Source: Azolla caroliniana (Eukaryota > Plantae > Polypodiophyta). From it: 64,000 nucleotides of DNA. The translations under genes and the position numbers were made by a program. This document shows, piece after piece, positions 12,001 to 23,600 of this stretch; position 1 is the first letter of the stretch; each line of letters opens with the position of its first letter. Location of the stretch: contig JBHGNT010000010.1 of the NCBI GenBank assembly GCA_043228905.1, positions 4,588,001 to 4,652,000 on the forward strand. The letters run 5' to 3'. Under the pieces are notes generated by a model, which was not told the origin of the DNA, made no database searches, and saw only the letters and a program-made list of their open reading frames with translations.

Positions 12001-14689
12001 CTTTCAACTAAAACTTTAGGCTTTGATGGATGTGTCACACAAAATTTGTCGCCCATCGTAACAAACCCATCTCCAAGTTTCTAATGCTCATGATGCTGCT
12101 CATTATCTCACTGATCATATATCCTACAGAAATCGCCATTCTCAGCATATTTTTCCTTCATTTCATCTAAATCATGAGGGTAGGAATAGACACTGCTGGC
12201 ACATGTTTTTCATTATAATGCATCAGCTACTACATTCTTTGCTTTCTTCATGCACAATATGAAAATGGAACATGAATACGAAAGGTGCCCCATAGCAGCT
12301 TTAATGATCCGTTTGCACAATAAAAGCAACACCTAGGAGATGGCATTTCCAACTAGAAAGCGTGAATTACAGCGAAAACCTCTTTCTGATAAACCTGGTA
12401 AGCCTTCTTTGGTCATGACAAGGCTCTCATCTCATATGCTAATACTTGACCATTTTGCATGAAAACTGCCCAGTTATTCCCACATGAATCATATTGACCC
12501 ACAAAGTATTTTCAAGATTCTGTAAGAGAAGCCATTTTTCTCTTCCACGAGTTTGAAAGCTGTAATTTCCCCATGAGCCCACGTAAAGTATTACCATCTT
12601 TTTTAATTCTATGTAAAGCAAAGCAATTTAAGAACATAGACCTAATCAACTGTGAGCATCATGAACAATATTCAAATTTGTCCATGAACCAATTTGCTTC
12701 TACTTTGCTAGGATCCAATTGCACCATTATTTGGAAACAATGCATACACAGTAATGTATCTATTCCAAGAAGAAGTCGACTTGGGTAAAAGAATGCTTCA
12801 GGTAACAATTTTCTCACTACTTCTTTGATCTTTTATTGAAACACTTTCTCCACGGAAAGAAAGTTGGGTTCCATTTCCTTCAGTGATATGAGTTCCAATA
12901 TCTTGTTTTGCTGAATAGGTCTCTGGCTTTTGTGCCTTGCAAACTCCTTTTCTAAGATGGACGGAACATCCATGTACTCCACAAATTTTGTGGTTCCATA
13001 TCAGCTCCTGAAATGTATTTACAGAATTTGAGAATTGTATCCAGCACAGTTCATCCTTCCTCGATGGTTGCAATGCACTCGCCTTCTTCATAGAAACATC
13101 ACCAGAAACATGACACTTGTTGAGATTTTGTTATTACAAGAGGAAACTTCTTCCATAACATTTTCTCTCCACTCGGCCATTGGCTGCATCTTCTTTTTGT
13201 TACTTTCATGCACAACTAGGAAAACATCACTTTTTGAGGGAAACATGTCAAAGCCACTCAATGGAACCATGAAACGGGTCAGAGGAACTTCAAAGGGCAG
13301 GCAAACACCAGGAGAGCCACTGATAGAGCTAAACTTTCACTACTGGAGAAGTCTGATATAAATAAAGAAACATCTCAAGTTTTTGGACTTATTGAGACTT
13401 AATAAAGAAGTTGGCATTTTGTTGGCCCAAAATACTCGCTCTCCCTCCTGTATTTCCTTATCAACTAAAGGATACAAGAAATGAACATCTAATAAGAATA
13501 GATGCCTAGTGTCTATACTTTATACAACCCTACAGTTGCAAGCATAAACTTGTTGCACCATGCAATACCTCATATCTCTGCTCAAATTTAACCTGATTGC
13601 CAAGATAGATGCCTAGTGTCTAAACTCTACTTCTTTCCACAACCCTGCAATTGCAAGCATAAACCCATTGCACCATGCAATACCTCATGTACACCTGAAG
13701 GAACTTTACTACAAGCATGTTTTTCCCTCTGATAGATGGCTACATGAAATAACTGCATTAATGAAGGTTAATTTAAGACCAGAGTAGTTTCATCAACTAT
13801 ATTGGGCGTTATCTGGATGATGATGTACTGCATGCACATGTAAAACATGTTTTTCTTCCGTTCACAGATAAGATCAGATGAATTAAGCTTGGATAAAACA
13901 GTACATCAACAAACGAAGATGAATAAAATGAGTGCAACTTACGTGGTTGGGCGAGGAGTTGGGTTCAGACGTTCTAAACTCACGATTCTTTCATTGACAT
14001 CTATACGAGCTGTCTCGCTTGTACTAGCAGGGCCAAGAATAGAGTCTCCACCACCAGCATCTTTGATCTATTCATCACTCAAAACATTTTACTTTATGAG
14101 AAGGATAAGAAATACAGAAAAAGAACGCATTCAAACATTACAAAAACATCCAAAAAAAAAAACAAAGCTGATTCCAACGATACAAAAAAACGTTAAAAAG
14201 TTATATCAATTGAGCGTCCAAAAAAATTACAAAATTACAAAAAAATACAAACTTACAAAATACCAAAAAAATACAAACTTACAAAATACCAGAAAATACA
14301 AAAATACAAAATACCAAAAAAAAGAAATACAAAAATCAGATCAGAACCATTACTAGGGACTGAAAAACAAGGGGGGGGGGGGAGAATATTAATGTTCATG
14401 TTACAGCGAGGAGGAGGGCTTCTTTGGCGGCGACTCGCTCCATCTCTTTCGCATACACGGAAGCGGGGACGGATGAAATGGTGCAGAAAGTTCTCCAAGG
14501 CCGCGTAATGTGCTCTGTTCTTACTCGATTCCTGGATGGGGAGAGGGGGAGGGGAGGATGGAAGGACTGCATTGAAGCAGAGTAGGAGGTGGAGGGAGGG
14601 GGGAGAAGGGGGCTTCTGGTGGGCATGGTTCTGTTGTTTCCCGAGAAACTCGAATGCAGGTGAAGACAATCGATCATGGAGCTCGCCAT
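9018..14689 (-). CDS. FBN7: Plastid lipid-associated protein / fibrillin FBN7 (PGL34-like), 318 aa. Exons: 14689-14405, 14067-13943, 10679-10596, 10520-10424, 10063-9847, 9251-9199, 9113-9018
   Basis: All introns are GT-AG and the spliced CDS is 957 nt in frame. It has a transit-peptide-like N-terminus followed by SVYAKEMERVAAKEALLLA, IDVNERIVSLERLNPTPRPTTSPFLEGLWQFKW, KLTVEGPLRLKEEYIEG and ISYLDDEILIARDGSGVPEVL, closely matching Arabidopsis FBN7a/b. Confidence 0.93.
10050..10245 (-). repeat. Degenerate tandem copies of the FBN7 intron 4 acceptor plus exon 5 start
   Basis: About 4 related units of CATT(A/G)CTTGTTATCTG(G)AAAAAA on the + strand. Confidence 0.75.
11400..13350 (-). pseudogene. 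Decayed Ty3/Gypsy pol relic (RNase H to integrase) inside FBN7 intron 2
   Basis: Minus-strand remnants KKAKNVVADAL (~12220), LLQSLPVSDRPWKSIVMDF (~11785-11840), SKHVHFIPVRK and SSFHPQMNG, with many stops. The upper boundary is uncertain. Confidence 0.75.
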
Positions 14690-14841
14690 GGCTCCTGCAG
14701 AGAGCCTCGCCCTTTCTTCTCTGTTTTTCCTTTTTTCCTCTCTCTTTTATTATGTATTAAAGTTATGTATGTATGTAAAAATTCAGTGATAAATTTGGGA
14801 CACTCAGGCCACAGTTAGATGATGCACCCCCCCCCCCCTCT

Positions 14842-14930
14842 GCCACGTAGATCATCCACGTGCCACGTGGCGCCCTCTGAGCGCTCCCTTGGCCGCCCCA
14901 CGTGGCGTGTTGTGAGTGGTCAGACGTGAC
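14842..14930 (-). promoter_or_regulatory. G-box/ABRE cluster in the FBN7 proximal promoter
   Basis: Five ACGT cores in about 90 bp (GCCACGTAG, CCACGTGC, GCCACGTGGC, CCACGTGGC, GACGTGAC), 150-240 bp upstream of the ATG. Confidence 0.7.
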
Positions 14931-15071
14931 TTCCTTTATGGCCCGCCACCCGTTCGGAGCTTGTTGCCTTTGTGGACGAACGTGTGTGTGTGGGGGGAAG
15001 GACGGGTTTATAGAGTTCGGCCAGACAAACCCTTCTAAGAATCTGTCCGTCTAATACCCATTGTGTGAGGT

Positions 15072-15553
15072 TAACAATCGGCAACGGTTCGGTTCGGTTC
15101 AGTTCAAGAGAGTCAATACCAAACTGGTTTGGAACCGAACCGTTTAAATGTTTTTGAAACCTGAACCGAACCACGAAACTGTTAAACCGAACCGTTAAAA
15201 CCATAGTTTCGTGGTTCGGTTTTGGTTTTCAATTTAGGTCTAAATTTAATTTTTAAAATATTTCATTACTTTCAATTTTTCAATTTCTAAAGATGTTCCT
15301 ACAATGTGAGAATAAGGTCTAAAAATGAAAAGATTGTTTAAAAGCAAATTATTATTTTTTAAACTTTTTTTACAATTTTTTAAAATAAAATAAAAATAAA
15401 AAACTGTTTAACCGTTTAAACCGCGGTTTCTAAGAGTTGAAACCGAACCGAATTGTTTAAAACAAACCTGAACCGAACCATTTAATCCGTTAAGCCTTTA
15501 AGTTGCGGTTTCGCGGTTCGGTTTAGTTCAAACCGAACCGTTGTCGATTGTTA
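15072..15553. mobile_element. hAT-type MITE, about 482 bp, related to the 8252-8670 element
   Basis: TIRs TAACAATCGGCAACGGTTCGGTT and AACCGAACCGTTGTCGATTGTTA. Degenerate 8-bp TSD TGTGAGGT / GTTGAGGT. AACCG repeats and an AT-rich core. Confidence 0.8.
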
Positions 15554-15706
15554 GTTGAGGTCTCGAATAGCAACGGCTTAAAACTTACCAAATGTCCAAT
15601 AAGTACTTCCAAATTATACACATTGTTACTCCTAAGGGCCGGACAATAGCCTAACACAGGGTGTCTACGAAAGACACTTCACCAAAGGGTGTTACGGCGA
15701 GGTAAC

Positions 15707-18009
15707 TGTTAGAAAACAGGTCCCTCTGGATGGGATGACCCGGTGAGAACCGGATGACGAGTACCCGGCAAGAGCTGGAAGATGAAGACCCGGTGAGAAC
15801 TAGATGACGAGTACCTGGCTACGGAAGACCCGGTGAGAACCAGATGAGGAGTACCCGGCAAGCGCCGGATGATGCAGGGCCGGTGAGGAGTGCTCACCGG
15901 ATGGAAGGACATATTCGTAAATATGTTTTCTGAGAGTCCATCGGAGCTATATTTGTAAATAGCCGAAAAGTCATATTAGTATAAATATGACTTAGGGCAA
16001 ACTTAGAGAGTGTTGTTGTCATTATTGTTGGCGCTAGATCAGAGAGCGTGTAACAGTGTACAGAGAGAGAGAGAGAGAGAGAGAAAGAGGTGCACACAGA
16101 TGAAGGCTGATATCAGGTTTAGTCGAACCTCCGGAACATGTCAGACATCCTTCAGTAGCAGCTTGCATCTAGTTGGCGTTGTCAACCACACGTCTCCTAT
16201 GCCGACAACTAGATGTGTGTCAAGTGGACACGAAGTCACATGCAGGATCGCAGTACTTCGTGACATTCATAGATGACCACAACCAGAAGCTGTGGGCCAC
16301 ACCGTTGAAGACGAAGGATCAGGTGTTATCCGTCTTCAAAGAGCTCCACACGAGAGTGGAAAGATAAACTAGCCGGAACCTAAAGGCGGTTCGAGCAGAT
16401 AACGGAGGGGAATACCGGGGGCAGTTCGAGGAGTACTGTCGCTCGAAGGGAATCCGGCTCGAATTTACCGTGCCGAAGATGCCGGAACTAAACGGGCTGG
16501 CCGAGAGGATGAACCAGACCATAATGGAGAGGGTCCGGAGTATGTTGGCGCATGCAAAACTACCCAAGAAGTTTTGGGCTGAGGCACTGTCGACGACGAC
16601 ATATGTGATAAACAGATCACCCTCAGTACCCTTGGACGGGGACACGCCACAGAGAGTCTGGACCGATAAGGAAGTGTCCTACCGGCATCTGAAGGTATTC
16701 GGGTGTCTTGCGTACGTGCATGTAGCTAAGGACCGAAGAGGAAAACTAGATCTGAAGACCCGACCATGCATATTCCTCGGTTACGACGACGATGAGTTCG
16801 GCTATCGAGTGTGGGACCTGATCGACAAGAAGGTATTCCGGAGTCGAGATATTATCTTCATGGAGGACAAGACGCTCACCGACTGGGAGTCAGAGAAGAA
16901 GATAATGAACTCCGAGTCGACCGGTAAGGATCAATTCTACGATGAGCAGACCCAACCGGCAAGAGACCGGTTAGCACTCGAGGAACCAGCCGGTTACGGT
17001 GAGGATACCAAACCGGCAAAAGAAGAAGTAGAGGAAGCTGAAACCGGAACCGGCGAAGACCCCGAATCGGATTTTGATGAAGAGCAAATGGAGGAGCCGG
17101 TTACCGAAGCCCAAAGACGGAGATATCCTCTCAGAGAGAGAAGGGCCCCCCCGAGATTTCCGGATGCAGAGCATGTGCTGCTAACCGATGAGGGGGAACC
17201 AGAAAGCTTCGAAGAAGCGAAGGATGACACCCACAACCGAAAATGGTTAAGTGCCATGCAGTATGAGATGGATTCCTTGCATGAGAACCATACGTACGAA
17301 TTGGTGGAGTTGCCGAAAGGAAAGCGGGCACTCCGAAACAAGTGGGTGTACAAGTTGAAACAGGGAGATGTCGGCAACCCCCCGAGATACAAAGCCAGGA
17401 TCGTGGTGAAGGGGTTCCAGCAGAAGAAGAGCGTGGACTTCGACGAGATATTTGCCCCGGTAGTAAAGATGACCTCCATCTAGACGGTGCTGAGTATAGC
17501 GGCAAGCATAGACCTCGAGGTAGAGCAGCTGGACGTGAAGACGACATTCCTTCACGGTGATCTCGAAGAGGAGATCTACATGCAGCAACCGGAAGGATTC
17601 GTGGAGAAAGGGAAGGAGCACCTGGTTTGCCGGTTGAAGAAGAGCCTCTACGGGTTGAAGCAGGCCCCCCGGCAATGGTACCGGAAGTTCGACTCCTTCA
17701 TGATCGATCAAGGGTACCACAAGGCGCAGGCCGATCACTGCGTGTTTGTGAAGAAGTTCGAAGGAGGCGACTTCCTGATACTCCTTCTGTACGTGGACGA
17801 CATGTTGATCGTCAGATGGGACCAAGCCAAAATACGGATGCTGAAGAAGGCTCTCAACCAGACCTTCTCAATGAAAGACTTGGGTCCGGCAAGACAGATG
17901 TTGGGGATGCATATTATCCGGGACCGGTCAATGAAGCAATTGTGGCTGTCACAGGAGAAGTACGTGACAAAGGTGCTTCAGCGGTTCAACATGTCAGATG
18001 CGATACCGA
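15707..18009 (+). mobile_element. Truncated Ty1/Copia element (element A): LTR, integrase and partial RT, with gag-PR missing
   Basis: Starts with TGTTAG inside the O LTR. The LTR has ~51-bp internal tandem repeats (15735-15900). Integrase motifs QYFVTFIDD and ELNGLAERMN; RT motifs RYKARIVVKGF, QLDVKTTFLHG and LLYVDDML, in Copia INT-RT order. In-frame stops; cut off by element B at 18010. Confidence 0.9.
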
Positions 18010-20646
18010 TGTCGTGAAGAAAACCGTCCCTTGGCGCAATCGGTGAATAGCGCACATGAACCGGCCCTTCACGTGTGCGCGCTCTTAATGTATATAATAG
18101 AGAATTAGGTACAGAGAGATATCCTGGGTAGTTAGATTCGGTAGGTAGGAAGTAAATGAGGGAGACAGCTCCCTTCTTGACGCTATAAAGGAGAGGGAGA
18201 CGTAGGGAGAAGGGATCGTGCATTAAGGAGGACGAAGTGCCGTCGGACCGGAACCGAACGCTTCTCCTCTGTTCGTTCTCCATCGCCCTTCTCTGCAGGT
18301 TTTCGGGAGGCCCGTGCTGCTTCGAGGAACGCCCGTGTGCTTCCGGCAGCACCTCCACCCTTTTCTCCTTTTCGTGCGCAGACGAACAAGCATCGGCATC
18401 TGTTCACCGGCCTGTTCGGTTGTAACCGCTCACGTGCTTTGTTGTGTATTATGTTACTCGTTAATATACAAACACTTGTGTCTCCCTATCTCTGTGTCCC
18501 TTCGCGTCGTCTGTGTTTACAAGGGCCGTGCCCCTGTGTTTCTTACTCATACGTGACAGGGCGTCTCTCTCTTTCTCATTCCCCTTCTATCACATGCGCT
18601 TCGGTCCAAGACCCCGGTGGTCCCGCCTCGCTTCTCCACGCACGCGCGTAACAACGCGACATATTTGGTGAACCCGACGTGAAACAGGCAGCAGAGGAGC
18701 AGAAGATGAGGGGGTCGGATCTTGCAGAGGCCATGGCTTCGGCCGTGGACCGGATAGTGAGCGCGCGCGAGGGCACCGGCGCCCTTGACAGGGCTATTGA
18801 GGCGATCGTCGGTATGATCGGCCGGTTCAGTGGAAAGGATGCCACGAGTTATTTGGCGTCCTACCGGGCGGAGATGTTGATGAGGGATATTCCGGAAGAG
18901 AGGCGTCTTGCCGGATTCCCTCGAGTGGCGATGCCAGGCATCCATGCGGAGGTGCTCGAGGTCCGGGCGGAGAGCCGGACCTGGGAGGAGTTCGAAGGAC
19001 AGCTCTCGGAGAAATACGGGCTGGATGATGCGCTTTGACTTTCAAAGCGGAGCTTCATGGAGTGGGTGGAGTCCCCCAACAAAGGAAGAAATGCGTCGGT
19101 ACTCCTCCGGGAGTTTGAGGAACGCTTTGCGCGCCTTTCGGCGCTCGATCGGACCGTTCTGGACACAAGTCGTGTCCTACTGTTTGTCAAATCGGTTGAC
19201 GCACAGGATCGGGGGCAAGTTGGCTCCTTACTGGAAACCGAAGACGGGCTGACGACCGATTGGGCTACGGTAAAGAGAGTCTGCGACCGTTTTGACAAAC
19301 GGTGGGAGTGGGCTGATACAAAGGCGACCGGGGCGGGACCTGTCGCGGCAAGGAAGCTCGAACCGGTACCACAGGCGCGAAGGGAAGAGAACCGGGAGTG
19401 GCTCGAAACCGGTTCGTTTTTGACCGGCGTGATCAGAGGCTCGTCCGGGGGAACAACTCTGGAGGAGTTGACACGGGCGGTAAAGGATCTCCAGATCGCC
19501 CAGGCTCGGAGGGAAGGCGGCGATTAGGCTCGTGACCGACGGGCTCCGGCAGGAAGTAGGTGCATGTGGTGTGACGAGGTCGGCCACATCCGGAAAGACT
19601 GCGGGGACTTTATGGAGGCTTTGAGAAGCCGGGTAGTGTACCCGGAGGGCCCTGAACCGAAACGACGGGAGAGGGGGAATGAAAAGGCTGATGGAAGAGG
19701 CGGCAGCCCGGCACGCGGAGACTGTCCACTACTCAGCGTCAGCCGGTATTCGGGTCGGGGGCAGCGGGGCCCGGAAGGAGAGCAAAGCTGAGTTCTGGCC
19801 GACGGTGCTGGAAGGCCTCGCCGGTGCTCGACCGAAGAGAGACGAGGCGGACCGCGCGGAGAAGCGGGTCCAGGAGGTAACCGGGTGGAGTGACCTGGTC
19901 GAAGAAAAGACGGGTTTCGTCGAAGCAGCTTGCCAGAACTACGAGGCTCTGGTTGAAGACAAACGGGTAGGTAAGATCGGAGGGGCCGGACCCTCACAGA
20001 GATACGAAACCCGATTCGGGCCGAAACGGAACGAGGCCGGTGAGTCTAGTGCCCGAGATAACCACAAGAAGGGCGGATACCGTTTGGGCACGGAGATCGA
20101 AAGGACCACAGACCTACGAAAGGTCCTGGAAGAACGAATCCTCGACAGCAAGGTGGAACTGTCCGTTGCGGGAGGTGCTTGGGATCACCAAGAAGGAGTT
20201 CCACGACTCCATCGTGGACTTGGTGAAGAGGAAGAGGCTGTCGACGGAGGCAAAACCGGAGAGGCCGGTGGAAGTGCAGACGGCGCACATAGAGGACATG
20301 GCGCTGGAAGACGAGTGGGCAGAGAGCCACTATTCGAGGCCACACTGGGCCCGAGCGACCACGGAAACCCCGGTGAAGATCGGGGATGTTCAGGAACCGG
20401 TGGTGGCGCTGGTGGACCACGGTTCGGAAATAAACCTGATGTCCATGGACTTCTACAAGAAGGGGAAATGGCCGATCAACACTAAGCACGGGTGGAAGAT
20501 ACGGGCGGCGACGCGCACCACCGAGGAGCTACATAGGGCCTGCCCAAACGTGCGTGTCAAGATCGGCGACGTCGAGATAGACCAACACTTCTTTGTGCAG
20601 GAAACGTCCTCGCACCCGGTCATACTAGGGGAACCATACATTACGG

Positions 20647-23600
20647 TGTCGTGACGATTTTCGGCTACGGTGTGAAACCGAGTGAGACGAATAAACCAAG
20701 GATGTGCAACATTGCACATACACTTAGCAAATAAGCCTCCTAAGGCCTAGTGGCACTTGAGTTCATACAGAGGGGTGCAAGCAAGGTTTGAACCTTGCAC
20801 CTCTAAGATACAAGATAATTGCCTTACCACTAGGACAACTATCATATAGTGTAGATTTTATGTATTTCCTTTTCATATACAAATTATAGACGAAACAACC
20901 ATAGAAAACCATGTGCACAAAACCATGGTTTTAAACCCATGGTTTGTGCATGACATAAGCAAAACCGTGTGCACAAAACCATGGTTTTAGCCCATGGTTT
21001 TGTGCATGTCACAAGCATGGAAAGACCTATAAAAGCCTCTAGTTGGGCTTGTGTAAAGGGGGCTCAATATGTGATATCACCAACACCATTATCATCAATA
21101 TAATATTTGTCTTTATCTTCTTCATATTTTTCTACTTCTCAAGTGTACAATTTTTCTTCTTCTCAAGTAAACCATTTTCATTTAATCTTACATTGATCGT
21201 CATCTAGCGTCGATAATTCCGCGATCATCCTCCCTAGTCCAAGACCCCGGTGGTCGCTCGAGTAGCACACGCACGCGCGAATCTTCGCGACATCATTTGG
21301 TGAACCCGACGTGAAGAGCAACAGGGGAGGACGAAGATGGATGTCGAATATCTCATGGAGGCAATGTCAAAAAGGATGATGGAGTTTCTGATAGAAGGGA
21401 AAAGAAGAAATGAAGCCCAACAAGCCGTCGACAAGGTAGTCGAACAAATGAGCTATTTCAACGGTGCCGAAGTCCAAAGTTTCCTAAAAGTCTACAATGC
21501 GGAGATGGATTCAAGAGGTGTGGACAAAGCTATGAGGCTAGAGTACTTTTGTCGGGTGGTGTCTCAACCGATCTTCAAAGATGTAAAAGAGCTTCTAGAA
21601 GCTCATGATTCGTGGGCGACTTTCGAGAAGGCTCTATTGGAGGAATATGACTATGAGAGACTAAAGGGACAAGATCGACTCAACTTCGACCAATGGGTGA
21701 CATCAGCGAAGACCCACCAAGGCGCGACACAAGCATTCGTAGACTTCGAGCATCATTTTTCTCAATTGTCGGAGCGGGAACAAAGATTGGTGGGGGTCGA
21801 TAAGGTCCTTATGTTCGTGAAGTCAATCGATCGAATGGAAAGGATGGCGATCGGTCTCAAACTCGAAGAAGATGATGGTGCAAATGGCCTCATCGAGGAT
21901 TGGAGCAAAGTGGAAAGTGTATGCCGACTACACGATAAGGGGCAAGCGAGAATATCGACGACAACAAGACGGCCCATGAGGGACGATCGAAGAGGGACGA
22001 GATGCAACAACGCACCACCAACAAAAGAAATGAAGCTTAGAAGGGAGACAAAACTGAGGCGAATGGTGATTGAGGAAGAAGAGACCTCCCAACAAATGCA
22101 GGTTAATGAAGTGGCCGATACAAAGGCTCTGGTTCGGTATGACGGTACCGAGAGAGAAGGTGTGAAACAAGTCACCTTCTTGTCTTACGAAGAAACGACG
22201 GCCAAGGAGGAGGCCGATGACTCGAGGACGGCGAACGCCACTTCGAGGGAGGATAAATGTTTCGGAACACGCATTGTGTACGAAACATCGGGTGATGACG
22301 GCGCAAGCATGAGAAAAGCTTGCATGATCGAGGGAGAAAAAGTGTTTGAGTCTGAAGAGATTGAGGAGGTAGCCATGACAAACGACATCGAGTCGGAGGT
22401 GGCTATGGACGAGTCGACAACGGATAGCCATGTCGACACTTTCTTCACGCTTGTTCCAGAGACTTCGGCGGTTGCGCCCATGTGCCAACGTGAGACCGGA
22501 GAGACGGAAGGTGGTGACGGGAAGACGAAGGCCCAACACAAGGAGGAAGAAGATCGAGGAAGAAAGGATATCCCCACACCTATTCTAGAGATTTCGACGG
22601 TTGTGCACGTGCGCCAACGTGAGACCGGAGAGACGGAATGTGTGGACAAAAAAGAGGACGACCGGAAGGGCGATGAAGAAGACAAGGTAAATGTGCATGA
22701 GCGAAGGGATTCCTTCACACCAGTTCCGGAGACTTCGGCAGTCGAGACCGTGTGTCGGCATAAGACCGAAGATAAAGGAGGTGGCGAAGAGGAGACAATA
22801 TGGCTCGCGGCGAGCATACATGGAGGGCAGGATATGGCCGACGTGGAGGCCAAGGATGAAGCTGCGGTTGAGTTCAATGGAGAGGTTGCATGCGGGAAGG
22901 AAGGAAGAGTCGAGAACCGGTTGAACCGGAAGACGATCCGGCCGGGATTCCGACCCAAACGAAGGAAGATCCACATGGGGGCCGATCGACCGGGGCCGAC
23001 CCGGCCGAAACCTGATTCGGCGAAATTCGATCGGACGATTCCGATCCAAAAGGGGGCCAACCCAGCCAGAATCAATCGGTCGAGCCCGACTCGGGGAAAT
23101 GTGAATGCAGACGAAGGCCAACCAAGCCAAGAAGCGATCGGTGGAGACCGATCCGGACAAGGGCAAACCCGGCCTAATCGGAGATCCACACGAACGATCT
23201 ACAATACCCAGTTGAAGACGGTGAGCGTGAGGAGTGGCCAGGAGTCCAATCGAAGGACACACGCGGTGGACGAAGGAAGAGCGGTCGTATCGACAACATC
23301 GTTCGGTAGATCTACTACAACCGATCGGGGAACATGGTGTGAGCGCCGGATATGGTGGATCGGGTGGCTACGGTGGTTCGGTTGGAAAGATTGCGCATAC
23401 TCGAAGTGGAAGACGAAGTCAGACGAGCGTGCAGAGGAACTCGGTTGATCACCGTTGCCAAAGATCTCACCTCTTCACCTTTCTCGGCACATACCGGAGG
23501 ATGTGCGGGTTTGGTGGGGGTGGATGTCGTGACGATTTTCGGCTACGGTGTGAAACCGAGTGAGACGAATAAACCAAGGATGTGCAACATTGCACATACA

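Noticed and set aside
13847-14356. 169-aa Lys-rich plus-strand ORF
   Set aside because: Antisense to FBN7 exon 2 and an A-rich intron repeat.
15735-15900. Regularly spaced repeats resembling a CRISPR array
   Set aside because: Eukaryotic context; these are degenerate tandem units inside a Copia LTR with no unique spacers and no cas genes.
22185-23262. Long antisense ORFs (334 and 225 aa) in element C
   Set aside because: Shadow frames of the GC-rich Gag-like ORF, with no independent motifs.
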